The notes beneath the pieces were generated by a model. It saw nothing but the letters and a program-made list of their open reading frames with translations. It had not been told where the DNA came from and searched no databases. A program made the translations under genes and the position numbers. Shown here piece by piece: positions 1 to 13,500 of a stretch of 64,000 nt of DNA (position 1 is its first letter; every line of letters begins with the position of its first letter). Source of the DNA: Prorocentrum cordatum (Eukaryota); assembly GCA_963575745.1 (NCBI GenBank), contig CAUYUJ010000065.1:1-64000 (forward strand), in the 5' to 3' direction.

Positions 1-16
1 GAGGACTACACTGAAA
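1..16 (+). CDS. SRPK: SRPK-family kinase, exon A (3' end only; cut by the window edge)
   Basis: GAG GAC TAC ACT GAA A|gt; the A joined to GT at 311 gives EDYTE-S-DDEG, the acidic stretch preceding YxxGGYH in SRPKs; GT donor at 17. Confidence 0.75.
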
Positions 17-310
17 GTGCCTCCAACGACCGCTGACGCACAGCTGCAGCATTTCTCTGCGTTTGTTGTTGCTTCCTTCTGCGTGGGGTCTATCATGTAT
101 CGAGTGGGTGGCTGGAGTTGTCCAGTCTGCTCGCGGCATGCATGGATCAGCAACACGGCTTTGTGCGACATGGGTTGGAAGTGGGTTTATGTTTGAGAGA
201 GCATGTAACGCAGAAGCGCCGTAGCATGGCAGAGAAGTTCTCGGTGTCCATATGTTGCTGTTCTGAGCAAGGCCAGCAGGGTGGACCTGCAAGCTCGAAC
301 TTGCCCGAAG

Positions 311-372
311 GTGATGACGAGGGTGTAGACCAGTACAAGAAGGGTGGCTACCACGTTGTGAACATCGGGGAG
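311..372 (+). CDS. SRPK: SRPK exon B (SDDEGVDQYKKGGYHVVNIGE)
   Basis: AG|G acceptor at 310/311, GT donor at 373; YKKGGYH is the SRPK signature before subdomain I. Confidence 0.92.
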
Positions 373-3298
373 GTCTCAATTCGATTAGCTGCACACTTCT
401 CTTCGCTTGGGCAGTACCTGAAAACACGGTTTCTTCATGAGTGCACGCGCGGACGGATATTCCCCGAGACGGTTCGCCCCCAGTGGACGAGTAAAAAGGG
501 AGAGGAGGAGGAGGATGAGAGGGAGGAGGAGAAGGAGAAGGAGAAGGAGAAGGAGAAGGAGAAGGAGAAGGAGAAGGAGAAAGAACATGAGGAGGAGGAT
601 GAGGAGGAGCAGGAGGAGGAGGACGGAGGAGGAGTGTAAGTCGGAAGAGGAGGCCGAGGATGGGGAGGAGGATGGGCCCCCCTGTCGTCAAAACTCGCAA
701 GTCTTTCCGAGGCAATCGTGCCGTTCGTCGAGGCGGCACGCATGTAGCTCCACACTTCCCATCGATCTTTTCGCGCTGTTTTCAACACCTCGAGCGTGCA
801 GGATCACAATCGTGCCGTTTTTCCGCTCGTACGGGGCGAGGGAGTGGCCGAGTTTTTGTTTGTCCTCTAGACTGCTATCGGAAGTCTTGGTGGAAGACCG
901 CGAGCCTTGCCTGCCTGCGCCCCCCGGGCGCCCCGCGCGCAGCGTGCCCTGCGCCCTGCGCGCAGGGCGCTCGCTTCGACTTCGCGCGTCGCGCCGGTGC
1001 CGCGCGCCAGAGACCCGAGGCCACAGGAAGCGTTTCGGGAGGCAAGGTCGGTCCTGAGAGGCCCGCCGCTTCACTGGAAGGCCGCCCCACTCGCCCTAGG
1101 AGCAGAAAACACGCTGCAGAACCAAACGGACAAATCAGGCGGGTAGACCCTGACGGGCAGGTCGGGGAGGCGGGCCCAAGCGACCAGGTCGAGAAGGCGC
1201 GCTGCTGAGGCGTGAGCATTGTATGAATCGCGAGGAGAGCTCGAGCGAGAACGCCATCTCCAACGAAATCGTCAGACAGTGCATCCCCCGTCCGCCCGTC
1301 GCGCCGTCTGTCCTGGAGCGCCACGCCTGGGCGCGGCGCGCTCACCACGGCGCGGCCCCCGCGCGCCCACGCCCGGAGCCTGCCTCGCCCCGCGCCCCCC
1401 GCGCCCCGCGGAGCCGCGCGCCGCCCGCCCGCGAGGGCAGGCGTAGGCTGTCGCTGGGCCGCCGCCGCGGAACGCGCGGGGCACACGCTGCCGACCGCGT
1501 GTGGGGCGCCCGCGGCTCTTCGGCCGTCGCTTCGCCGCCTCCTCCTCCCCCCGCCCTCTTCTCGGGGGCGGCGAAGAGGGGGGTGATGACCAGGGGGGGT
1601 GGATATCATGGCGGGGGCCACGATGTTTCCTCAGATTTCGTGGCGCCTCTTCTCATTCCACCACGTCCCTGGCCCCCCCCGCTGGGCCGCGCACACGCCG
1701 CCGGTCATGGTTTGCACCTCCCCCCCTCTTGGACACCCCCCCATCTTGGCCGCTCCCGACTCTTGCACGGTGGCACGCCTCGCTCAGTGGCAGCCCCCCT
1801 TTCTGCTCCCTCGCAGGGGCGGTGACCCTGCCTGGCCGCCGGCGAAAGTGAAAGGGGCGCTCAGGGGCGACCTGCTTCGCTCGGGCTCGGGGAGAGGCCG
1901 AGCGCCCGAGCCGCCCGGGACCGGCGCCCTCTCTCTCCGGGCGAGGCGCACACCCGGAAGGGCGACTGCCCCCGAGCGTTACGCGTGCTCGGCAGGCCGC
2001 CCCGCCGCCTCGCTGCGGGGGCCGACGAGTGGAGCTTTGACTCCTCCTCCTGCCTCCTCCTCCTGCTTCCTCCTCCTGCCTCCTCCTCCTCCTCCTCCTC
2101 CTCTTCCTCCTCTTCTCTATTCCTTTCCCCTCCTCCTCCTCCTCCTCCTCCACCTCCTCCTCCTCCTCCTCCTCCTCCTCCTCCTCCTCCTCCTTGTAGA
2201 CCCTGCGCGCCCAGCTGCAACTCCTGGGGGGGGGGGCAAGATCCAGCATCGGCGCTGGTACAGCTGCGGTCGGCGAGCTCCCTGCTCCGATCTCCAGCGA
2301 TCCGTTCTCTTTCCGACCCGGCGCTTTTCCTGGACTTCGGCCTCTGGGGCCCCGCCTCGGGCCCTGGGACCATGCAAAATTCGTCCAGCGAAGGGGTGTT
2401 CACGGTTCGGTTGGTCCGGTTGCGTCGCAGTCGGTTACGCTCGACCGGTTCGGTTCGATCGGTGATTGTGTCTTTGCTGCGTCCCTGCGCCCGCTGCCTT
2501 CGGCCTTTCGGTCGGTTTCGGTTTCGCTGTGGGTTCGGTCGGTTTTCTGTTTTGCTGTCGCCGTGCAAAATATATCGGAGGATGTCCGAAAATCCCGTTT
2601 CCTCTTGTTGACTTCCGCTCAGCAGGTCGGAATCCTGGGCCTGTTGTGTGGCCTTGTCTTGCCCGACGGCCCCGGAACCATGGGGCGTCGTGGAGAGGGT
2701 CATCCCAAGGTGGGGGTGAACGAGCCCCGAGCCCAGCTGGATGCTCACACTTCTGGCTTTAGAACGGTTTTCTCTGACTCCACCTCTGCCCTCTACCCCA
2801 GATGTAGGCCCCCCCCCCACGATCGGGCTCAGTTGCCCTTGATCGGTCCCACGAAGACCTCACAGGAGTTGTCCCCTAGGCTTCGGCGCTGTTGGGGGCT
2901 CGCGCGGGAGGGCCAATCTGCGGGTTTTCTTCTTTCTCCTCCTCTTCCTCCTCCTCTTCCTCCTCCTCCTCCTCTCCTCCTCCTCCTCCTTTTCCTCCTC
3001 CTTTCTAGCAGCAATCTGTCATCTATCCTGCCTCATCCTCATCCTCACTCCTACTCATGCAATGTGACCTGCCTCCTCCGTACTCCTCCTCCTACCTCCT
3101 CCTCCTCCTACCCTTTTTTCTCCTCGGCGTCGTCCTCACTCCTCCTTCTCCTCCTCCCCCTCCTCCTCCTCCTCCTCCTCCTCCCCCGCAGCGCTGATAC
3201 GTTTTAGGAATGAACTTGTATCGCTGCTCTATTGCTGAAGCCCACGGTGGACAGAATGACGAGAGGATCGGCAGAGCAAACGAATCTGGTGCCAACAG

Positions 3299-3370
3299 GT
3301 TTACAACAGCCGCTACCGGGTCGTCGCGAAGCTGGGCTGGGGCCACTTCTCGACCGTATGGCTGTGCGAG
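3299..3370 (+). CDS. SRPK: SRPK exon C (VYNSRYRVVAKLGWGHFSTVWLCE), Gly-rich loop
   Basis: cag|GTT acceptor; KLGWGHFSTVWL is the canonical SRPK subdomain I; non-canonical GA donor at 3371; not in the ORF track. Confidence 0.95.
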
Positions 3371-4149
3371 GACACGCCAGCACGGGCACTCCGCCTCCTG
3401 TTACCTGGGGGTTTTAGGGGGGGACAGACTCAGTGGGGGGATGCATCGACCCCCAGTCGCCCATTCATTGCCGATGGGGGCCCGATAGCCCACCCCGCCC
3501 AGCAAGACCAGTTTCGCCATCCGGGGCCTATCGCCGATCTCTGTCGTCGGCAAGGTATCGCCGATTCCAGCTCGATGTCTCTCAGCCTAGAGCTGGTCCT
3601 CCCCCAAATCCTGCCCCTCAGGGGGCAACGTCAGGGGAGGATGGGTGCAGGTGGGGATGGATCGACCCCCAGTCGCCCATTCATCGCCGATAGGGGCCCG
3701 ATGGCCCACCCCGTCCACGACCGGGGGGTTTCGCCATTGGGGGCCCATCGCCGATCTACCAGCGATGCATCGCCGATTCCAGCCCGATGCCTCCCCCACT
3801 GGCTGAGCGGTCTGCCCCCGCCGCTCACCTCCACCTCCTTGTGCGCACGGGCCCCTGATGCGTCTGCGCTCCGCTGCTCCCATCCGCCTCTCGACTCGGC
3901 CTCGAGGTCGCGAGCTGGGTGCGAGAAGTGCGGCGGGGGATCGAGGAGGAGGAAGAGGCAGAGGGGAGGAGGAGGGGAAGGGGAGGGAGGGAGGGGGAGG
4001 GGACCCCCCGCCCCCTCCACAAATACACTACAGGAATACTACCCTCCTCTCTCCCCTGATGTCGGGCGGAAGATGTCCAGCCCCCCTCCGCGTGTTGTTT
4101 TTTTCCATACCAGATTCCTGGGAACTGCGTTAGTTTAGTTATTTGTTCA

Positions 4150-4335
4150 AAACGTTGCTCCCGCTGAAGTGCTGGCCTCATTTTCGGGCTTCCGCTCGTT
4201 TCGAATCGTGCTCCCGCTGCAGCGCTGGTCACATTTCCGCGCTTCCGCTCGTTCCGAATCCTGCTCCCGCTGCAGCGCTGGCCTCATTTCCGCGCTTCCG
4301 CTCGTTCCGAATCGTGCTCTCTGCAGCGCTGGCGT
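4150..4335. repeat. Tandem ~52-bp repeat (3-4 units)
   Basis: gctcccgctgcagcgctggcctcatttccgcgcttccgctcgttccgaatc. Confidence 0.85.
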
Positions 4336-5019
4336 CATTATTTTCAGTGCCATGCCACGTCATGGTTTTCGGTCCTTCCAAATAGGCCCCCAAATCTAGA
4401 AAGTGGCCTCCCGAAAAACCATCGGAAGTGATTGCACATTCGGTGTCGATTCGTTGATTTTTTTGGCCGCAGAAGCCCCCCCACTTTGGGGCGTCGCCAC
4501 GCCATGCTATGCCATGCTACACGTTGATCTTCAACACCATGCTATGCTATGCAATGCTATGCCGTGATACGGCATCCGACTGTGCGAATAGAGAGGAGAT
4601 TTACGCCATGGTATGGGACGGGAGGGAGGGGTAGGACGTCAGATATGACGCAAGCACACCTAGCTTGCCCCTCCCCCCTCCCTCCTCCCTCCTTCCCCCT
4701 CCCCTCCTCCCTTCCCCCCTTTACTCCCCCTCCTTCCCCTCCTCCCTGCCCTCAGGCGAGGAGGGGAAGGATTGGGAGGAGGAGGGAGAAGGGGGGGGCA
4801 GGATGGGGAGGGAGGGGAAGGAGGTAGGATGGAGGAGGATCCAGGATCGAGTTTTTTCCCAACCCTCTTATCGTTGGGTACTCGTTTTGAATAGAGCAGT
4901 GTGGTCGCCCCATCCTCCTCCTCCTCCTCCTCCTCCTCCTCCTCCTTCTCCTCCTCCCCTCTCCTCCCCTCCTCCTCTCCTGTTTCCTGTGTTCCCCTCT
5001 CCTCTTCTCTCGTGCCGTC

Positions 5020-5745
5020 GGGCTTGCGATCTGCGCAACCGTCGCCACTTTCGTGGGCTCCTGGGAGGCCCAGCGGAGGTGGGTCCCACGCGAATCACCT
5101 CGGTAGCTCGCCGCCCCCTGGGGGGCTTGCGATCTGCGCAACCGTCGCCACTTTCGTGGGCTCCTGGGAGGCCCAGCGGAGGTGGGTCCCACGCGGATCA
5201 CCTCGGTAGCTCGCCGCCCCCCTGTGGGGCTTGCGATCTGCGCAACCGTCGCCACTTTCGTGGGCTCCTGGGAGGCCCAGCGGAGGTGGGTCCCACGCGG
5301 ATCACCTCGGTAGCTCGCCGTCCCCTTGGGGGGCTTGCGATCTGCGCAATTGTCGCCACTTTCGTGGGCTCCTGGGAGGCCCAGCGGCGGTGGATCCCAT
5401 TCGGATCACTTCGGTAGCTCGCCGCCCCTAGGGTGGTTTGCGATCTGCGCAACCGTCGCCAATTTCGTGGGCTCCTGGGAGGCCCAGCGGAGGTGGGTCC
5501 CACGCGGATCACCTCGGTAGCTCGCCGCCCCCTGGGGGGCTTGCGATCTGCGCAACCGTCGCCATTTTCGTGGGCTCCTGGGAGGCCCAGCGGATGTGGG
5601 TCCCACGCGGATCACCTCGGTAGCTCGCCGCCCCCTGGGGGGCTTGCGATCTGCGCAACCGTCGCCACTTTCGTGGGCTCCTGGGAGGCCCAGCAGAGGT
5701 GGGTCCCACGCGGATCACCTCGGTAGCTCGCCGCCCCCTGGGGGG
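5020..5745. repeat. Tandem array of seven ~103-bp near-identical units
   Basis: Unit gggcttgcgatctgcgcaaccgtcgccactttcgtgggctcctgggaggcccagcggaggtgggtcccacgcggatcacctcggtagctcgccgccccctgg; followed by (ATGCT)n at 5749-5808. Confidence 0.95.
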
Positions 5746-6039
5746 CCTAATGCTATGCTATGCTATGCTATGCTATGCTATGCTATGCTATGCTATGCTA
5801 TGCTATGCTTTTGCTTTGCCTTCGCTTTTGCCTTCACTTTTGCCTTTGCTTTTGCCTTTGCTTGGCACCCAGGGAGCGCAACGGGGGGAACCGCGCGTTT
5901 GCTTTTACCTTTGCTGTTGCTTTTGCTTGGCTCCCAGGGGACTGGGGGAACCTCCCGGGGCGGTTTCCACTGCCCGGCCCCTTTAAGCCAACAGAGTAAG
6001 AACCCTTCTAGGCAGAGCCTATGTAGGGAAAAACTTCAG

Positions 6040-9000
6040 GCAAATCAATGATTTTGGCCTCTTCGGGCCCTCCTGGAGGACCTCTTGGAGGCCTCTTGGG
6101 CCATCTTGGAGGCCTCTGGGGGGCCTCTTGGGCCGTCTTGGGCCGTCTTGGACTCTCTTGGGCCATCTTGGAGGCCGTCTTGGACCATCTTGGGCGGACT
6201 TGGAGGCCATCTTGGACCATCTTGGAGGCCATCTTGGGCCAACGTTTCCATCTTGGACGCCATCTTGAGCCGTCTAGGAGGATTTTTCCGGGAATTGGGC
6301 GATCTACGGGTGGCCGGCGGGTCGGGCCGAAGCCCACTGGGAGAGTTTTTTTGGAAAAAGAACCAAAACCAAAACCGAGAGGGTCAAGCACGCCAGGCAC
6401 CCCTGCGATGAATCGACAGGGGGCGGCGGATCGAAGACGCCTACGGCGAATCACCGCCGCCCCCTGCCTTTTTGGAAGCGCCGATGTGGCCGAACGTTGA
6501 GGCCAGACCTGCAGCCATCGGCACCATGTGTTCCCCGAATCGGTGGAAAGCCTTCGGGGAAAGACCGTGGGCATCTTCAAGGTAATCTTGGCCGTCTTTG
6601 GAGGCCTCTTGGCGATCTTTCTGGCGATCTTTGGGGGTTTTTGGCATCGTCTCGGGCAGTCGAAATCGAGACCGAACCCGAAAAAGAAGATCGAAGGAAA
6701 ATCGTCAAAAATCGATAGAAAACATTAGGAACATAAATGTTTTTGGTCCTTTTCTGGCCTTCCTGGAGGCCACCTCTAAAGGGGCCTATTGGGCGGTTTT
6801 GGGCAGCTTCGAGCCAACTTCGGCCATCTTGGTGGTTCCTGGCACGTCTGACGCCGTCGGGAGCCGTCTTGGGGGCCTTTCTAGGCCGACTGGGGGCTCT
6901 CTTGGGTCACTTCGGGGCCGTCTTGGAGGCCATCTTGGGCGTCTTGGAGGCCATCTTGGGCGTGTTGAAGGCCTCTTGGGCCATCTTGGGGCCCTCTTGG
7001 AACCGTCTTGGAGGCCACTTGGGCCGTCATGGGGCTCTCTTGGCCATGGGAGGCCCGTGGGCGATCTGAGGACGATCGTGGTGGGCCTCTTAGGACCGTT
7101 AGAAGCCGTTGAAGGCCCGAATCAAACCCGAACAGGAGGAAAATCGCATAAAATCCTCCAAAAACCCTCTGGACAAATCACGGATTTTGGCCTCTTCGAG
7201 GCCTCCTTGAGAACCTTTCGACGGGCTCTGCGGCTGTAATTTGAGGCCCTTCTTAGGGGCTCTTGGGCCGCCTTGGGCATCTTGAGGCTATTTAGGCCGT
7301 CTGGGAATCTTGGGCCGTCTTGGAGGCATCTCTTTAAAGCCATGCTTAGCCGTCTTGGATGCCATTTCCTAGGCCGTCTTGGAGGAATCATGGAGACATC
7401 TGGAGCCGTATGGGCAGGAAAGTAGGGAATTGAGACTCCTTGGCACAATCCTCCCAGTTACCCAGGCGGAGGGCCGAAACCACGGGAGAAAGTTCTTTTG
7501 GAAAAAACAAAACCAAAACCGAAAGGGTCCAGCACGCAGGCACCCCTGCGATGAATCGACAGAGGGCGGCGGATCGAAGACGCCTACGGCGAATCACCGC
7601 CGCCCCCTGCCTTTGTGGAAGCGCCTATGTGGCCGAACGTTGAGGCCAGACCTGCCAAGCCATCGGACCATGTGTTCCCGAATCGGTTTGGAAAGCCTTC
7701 GGGGAACACGTGGGCGTCTTGATGGTCATCATCGCCGTCTTGGAGGCCTCTTGGGCGATCTTTCGGCGATCTTTGGGGGCTCTTGGGCCGTCTCGGGCCG
7801 TCGGAAGGCCGAAAGAAGGGAAATGCCAAAATCCATCAAAAACCTTGGGAAAATCAGTAATTTTGGCATCTTTTGGCCTTCCTGGAGGCCCTCTTGGGGG
7901 CCTCTTGGGCCCTTTTGGGCCAGCTTCGAGCGAACTTCGGCCATCTTGGTGGGTTCCTGGCACGTCTGACGCCGTGGGGAGCCGTTTTGGGGGCCTTTCT
8001 GGGCCAACGGGGGACCCTCTTGGGGCGCTCCAGGGCCGTCTTGGAGGCCATCTTGGGCGTCTTGGAGGCCATCTTGGGCGTGTTGGAGGCCTCTTGGGTC
8101 CTCTTGGGGCCCTCTAGGGGCCATCTTGGAGGCCACTTGGGCCATCATGGGGCTCTCTTGGGGGCCTCTTGGGCGATCTTGGGGGCTTCTTGGGCCGTCT
8201 TGAGCCGTCGGAGAGCCGAAAAGGCGCAAATGCCAAAATCCTTCAAAAACCAATGGAAAATCAATGATTTTGGCTTCTTCGGACTCTCCTGGAGGACCTC
8301 TTGGAGGCCTCTTGGGCCGTCTGGGAGGCCTCTGGGGGGCCTCTTGGGCCGTCTTGGGCCGTCTTGGACTCTCTTGGGCCGTCCTGGAGGCCGTCTTGGA
8401 CCATCTCGGGCGCACTTGGAGGCCATCTTGGGCCATCTTCGCGATTTTTTGAGGATGTCCCGAGCGAAACGGCCGTTTTTGGATGATTTTTTGCGGTCGT
8501 TGAGCACGTTTGGGAAAATTCCGGGTGGCCGGCGGGTTCTGCCGGAGCCCATTGGGAAGTTCTTTTGGAAAAAGAACCAAAACCAAAACCTGAAACATCC
8601 AGCACGCCGTGCACCCCTGCAAGCAGGGGGCGGCGGATCGAAGACGCCTACGGCGAATCACCGCCGCCCCCTGCCTTTGTGGAAGCGCCTATGTGGCCGA
8701 ACGTTGAGGCCAGACCTGCCAAGCCATCGGGCCATGTGTTCCCCGAAGCGGTTTGGAAAGCCTTCGGGGAACACGTGGGCATCTTGAAGGTCATCTTGGC
8801 CGTCTTGGAGGCCTCTTGGGCGATCTTTCGGCGATCTTTGGGGGCTCTTGGGCCGTGTCGGGCCGTCGGAAGGCCGAAAAAAGGGAAATGCCCAAATCCA
8901 TCAAAAACCTTGGGAAAATCAGTGATTTTGGCATCCTTTGGCCTTCCTGGAGCCCCTCTTGGGGGCCTCTTGGGCGCTTTTGGGCCAGCTTCGAGCGAAC

Positions 9001-10222
9001 TTCGGCCATCTTGGTGGGTTCCTGGCACGTCTGACGCCGTCGGGAGCCGTTTTGGGGGCCTTTCTGGGCCAACGGGGGACCCTCTTGGGGCGCTCCAGGG
9101 CCGTCTTGGAGGCCATCTTGGGCGTCTGGGAGGCCATCTTGGGCGTCTGGGAGGCCTCTTGGGCCCTCTTGGGGCCCTCTAGGGCCATCTTGGAGGCCAC
9201 TTGGGCCATCAGGGGGCTCTCTTGGGGGCCTCTTGGGCGATCTTGGGGGCTTCTTGGGCCGTCTTGAGCCGTCGGAGAGCCGAAAAGGCGCAAATGCCAA
9301 AATCCTTCAAAAACCAATGGAAAATCAATGATTTTGGCCTCTTCGGACTCACCTGGAGGACCTCTTGGAGGCCTCTTGGGCCGTCTGGGAGGCCTCTGGG
9401 GGGCCTCTTGGGCCGTCGTGGGCCGTCTTGGACTCTCTTGGGCCGTTTTGGAGGCCGTCTTGGACCATCTCGGGCGGACTTGGAGGCCATCTTGGGCCAT
9501 CTTCGCGATTTTGTGAGGATGTCCCGAGCGAAACGGCCGTTTTTGGGCACGGTGGCGGGACGGGCCGGAGCCCACTGGGGAGTTCTTTTGGAAAAAGAAC
9601 CAAAACCAAAACCTGAAACATCCAGCACGCCGTGCACCCCTGCAAGCAGGGGGCGGCGGATCTAGGAGCCTTCGGCCCATCCCGCCACCGTGCCTGGGGG
9701 TGTGGGTCAGAGTTATTAGTGGGGGCCCCTCGGGGCCGAGGGCTCGAAATGATCGTTCGGGACCCCCCTCTGGGCGTCCTCTTGAGGCCTCTTGGGCCGT
9801 CTTGGGGCGATCTTGGGGGCCTCTAGGGCCGTCTGGGAGCGTCGGGAAGCCGAAAAGGCGAGACCGCCAACAACCTTCAAACACTTACGACGAATCACTG
9901 ATTTTGGACTCTCGGGGTCCCCTTGAGGTCTTCTTGGGAGGCCTCTTGGAGGCTTCTTGCGGCGACTGCGGGCCCTCTTGGATCGTCTTCGGGGCTTCTT
10001 GGGGCCCTCTAGGCCCGTGTTGGGGCCCTCTTGGGCCTGAAAAGTCACGAGAGAAGATACGCTGGACCCCAGGAAACACGCGAGAAGCCCTGGTAGATTT
10101 GGCAATGGGGTTCCAGGTCCCGAAGAGACTTCTCAGGAGTAAGGATTAGGCTCAGGAGATTAGGTAGAAAGGGCCTGAGACAACGCCAGCCACCGTGCCC
10201 AGAGACACGGCGGCTGGCGGAT
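6040..10222 (+). repeat. Head-to-tail array of ~1.0-1.15-kb elements built of ggcctcttgg/ggccatcttgg decamers
   Basis: Junction cagggggcggcggatcgaagacgcctacggcgaatcaccgccgccccctg at ~6418, 7560 and 8625; variant junction at ~9647. Confidence 0.9.
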
Positions 10223-10327
10223 ATGCGTATACATGGACACACACAACTATTTGTATACATACATATATATATATATATATATATGTATATGCACAATTAC
10301 CTATAACTTTGTTTGCTTACTGATAGC

Positions 10328-10900
10328 AGAGTGAGAGGGCCGAGCGGTCATTCATTGTCCCTGGGTGCGTGGCTGAAGTGGGGCTCCGTGGTGGGGATTC
10401 TGCTTGTTGTTGTTGTTGTTGTTGTTGTCGTCGTCCCCCCTGCGACCCGCCCGCGACCCACCGGCGACCCACTCCGCGACCCACCCCGCGACCCAGCCCG
10501 CGACCCAGCCCGTGACCCAGCCCGCGACCCACCCGCGACCCACCCGCGACCCACCTCGTGACCCGTGGATCCACCCGCGACCCACCCCGCGACCCACCCC
10601 GCGAACCACCCGCGACCCACCCCGCGACCCACCCCGCGACCCACCCGCGACCCACCCGCGATCCATACGCGACCCACCCGCGACCCATCCGCGACCCGGC
10701 CCGCGACCCACCCGCGACCCACCTGCGACCCACTCCGCGATCCACCCACATTGCTTTAACGAAAAAATCGGCGCCTGCGGCGGGCTCACTGCATAATTTG
10801 TAAAAGTTAGGCGCCTGCGGCGGGCTTTTTCAGAGCCTGGCAGACTGACGACGTGCTCGCCGCCCCCTCACTCTTATCCGCAACTTCGGGGTGCTACGTA
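10328..10900 (+). mobile_element. HINE/MITE-like non-autonomous element, copy 1
   Basis: Inverted repeats agagtgagagggccgagc ... gctcgccgccccctcactct, internal (cgcgacccacc)n minisatellite, 26-bp tail tatccgcaacttcggggtgctacgta. Confidence 0.7.
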
Positions 10901-11559
10901 TTTATTTATTTGTTTTTTGTTTATCAGAGTGAGGGGGCCGAACGGTCATTCATTGTCCCTGGGTGCGTGGCTGAAGTGGGGATCCGTGGTGGGGATTCTG
11001 CTTGTTGTTGAACTCCCATTTCTGAAAAACAATTATTGTTGATCCCCCCCGCCCGGTGCACATTGTATTTTTTTCGATTGAAGTGCACCTCCCGGGGCTC
11101 GCATTTTTTTGTTTTTTGTTTTGAAAAAAAGAAGGGAACGTCTTGAGGCTCAAACTGTGTCGTTGCCCCTCGGTTTACAACAACAACAACAGTTCCCGCT
11201 TGATATTTCCTCACACTTTGTTGAAGAATCGCGCTCTCGCTTGGGACTTCCTGGCAATTTACCACCGAATCGCGGCTCCCGCTTGATACTTCTTGACAAT
11301 TTATTGCAGAATCGCGTTCTCGCTTGGGACTTCCTCGCAACTTACCACCCAACCGCTTCGCTTGACATTTCTTCACAATTTATTCAGATGCTGGTCCTCG
11401 ACACTCAGGAATCGCGCTCCCGCTACATATTGCCTGGCGGTTCAAGCAGGACTCACGCTTCAACGACCCGGCCGCTCGACCCGCCCGTCGGGGCCTGCCC
11501 GCCCGACCAGCCCGTTAATGACTGCAGTCGCCGCTCGCTGCCCTTCGCCCGCCTTCGAT

Positions 11560-12000
11560 GCCCCTCGCTGGCCGTGCTGGGTCCGCGGTCGCCTTCGCTT
11601 GCTGCCCTTCGTGGCCCCGTTGCTGCCCTCAGTGGCTCCGTCGCTGCCCTTTGTGGCCCCGCATTGTATGCCCTTCGTGGCCCCCGCTCGCACGCGCCCG
11701 TCGTGGCCCCATACGCATGCCCTTCGTAGCCCCGCTGTCGCCCTTCGTGGTCCCCTCGCTGACCTTCGTGGCCCCCTTGCTGCTCTCCCGCTGTCGCCCT
11801 TTGTGGTCCCGTATACGAATGCCCTTCGTGGCCCCCGCTCGCTCGCGCCCGTCATGGCCCCCCATATGCATGCCCTTCGTGGCCCCGCTGTCGCCCTTTG
11901 TGGCTCCCTCGCTGCCCTTCGTGGCCCCGGTGCTGCCCTCAGCGGCCCCGTCGCTCCCCTCTGTGGCCTCGGATTGTATGCCCTTCGTGGCCCACGCTGG
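11560..12000. repeat. Minisatellite (gcccttcgtggcccc core)
   Basis: Repeated ~22-nt and compound units. Confidence 0.85.
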
Positions 12001-12539
12001 CTTTTCTTACGATTTACCTAGGAATCGCGCTATCGCTCGAGACTTTCTCGCGATTCATGCAGGACCCACGCCTCAGCAACCCGCCTTCTCGACCTCGTCG
12101 CCTTGGCCAGTCTTCCCTACCTGCCCGCTATGGGTCTGCCCACCCGATCTGCCCGTCTGGTTCTACCACTGGTTTTCTACTCCTTGCCCCTCTCCTGCTA
12201 GTTTCTCTCGTGCTCCATTATTCTTCCTTCCCCTTCCACCCGTCCTCTCTTGCCTTGTTTTAGGGGCTGCATTAAATACACGTGGCAGGTAAGGCAGATA
12301 TACCCCCAAGGGAGTACGATCGAAGACGACGAGGGCGGGTACCGAGGGTTTGGGATGTACGTATTGATTAGCACCTGAGCAGACAGGAGCGAGCAGTCTT
12401 GAAATTATTGTTGAATGTTAATTACTAAACATTTATTATTGTTGGACCCCTTACAGGCGCCCTGGCGCTCTCGCCGAGGCGCCGGCTAGATTTTCATGGA
12501 ACATGAGGCTCACGCTCGAGCGGTTTGGGGGACCGCCAA

Positions 12540-13500
12540 AACCGGCCCCCCAACAACAACACCGCTTCCGCTCGAGACTTCCTCCTTTTACTCAGGGCTG
12601 GTGTTCTTGCTCGCCGCCGAAAGCCGCCGTCCTAACAACACCAGCGCTCCCGCTCGAGACTTCCTCCCGTTTTACCTTGGACTGGCGCGCTAGTCTTTCT
12701 CTCATCGGCGCCGCCTCCAGCAAAAACAACGCTCCCGATCGAGGCTTCCTCCCTTTTTTTAGTCAAGGCGGTGCTCCTCCTCGCCGCCGGAAACCGCCGC
12801 CCCGACAAAACCAGCGCTCCCGCCCGAGACTTCTTTCCGTTTTACGCTGGACTGGCGCCAAACTCTCTTTTGAATTGGCGCCGCTCCCAGCAAGAACAAT
12901 GCTCCCGCTCGAGGCTTCCTCCCTTCTTCCTGAAGACGGTGCTGTTCCTCGCCGCCGACAAGCCCCGTCCCGAAAAAACCACAGCTCCCGCTCGATACTT
13001 CGTCCCTTTTTACTCAAGGCTGTGTTCCTCCTCGCCGCTGAAAGCCGCCGCCCCAACAAAACCAGCGCTCCCGCCCGAGACTTCCTTCCGTTTACGCTGG
13101 ACTGGCGCCTTACTCTCTTTTGAATTGGCCCCGCTCCCAGCAGGAACAACGCTCCCGCTCGAGATTTTTTTTTTGTCCTCGGGACGGTGCTGTTCCTCGC
13201 CGCCGACAGCCCCCGTCCCGACAGAACCACGGCTCCTGCTCGATGCTTCTTCCTTTCTTACTCAATGCGGTGTTCTTCCTCGCCGCCGAAAGCCGCCGCC
13301 CCAACAACACCAGCGCTCCTGCTCGAGACTTCGTCTTGCTTTACGCTAGACTAGTGCCCTACTCTCTTCAGCATTGGCGCCGCTCCCAGAAACAACAGCA
13401 GCCCTGCTCGAGACTCCCTTTCTATTCAGGGCCAGGTCCTTGCCTCACCGCCGACAGCCCCCATCCCCACCAAGGCAATCCTGTCGTTCGATACTTCCTT
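12540..13500. repeat. Degenerate tandem repeat (cgctcccgctcgagacttcc / ctcgccgccga core, ~80-bp subunits)
   Basis: Core recurs more than ten times. Confidence 0.8.

Noticed and set aside
5020..5745. CRISPR-like array
   Set aside because: Whole units are repeated with no unique spacers, there are no cas genes, and the context is eukaryotic
6418..6470. Hammerhead ribozyme in the conserved junction hairpin
   Set aside because: No CUGANGA/GAAA core on either strand
6008..10150. Many overlapping LGPSW/GPRRP ORFs
   Set aside because: Stop-poor decamer repeats, not genes
10789..10802. actgcataatttgt match to the U1 Sm-site region (also ~13973)
   Set aside because: Short match inside a repeat element with no other U1 features
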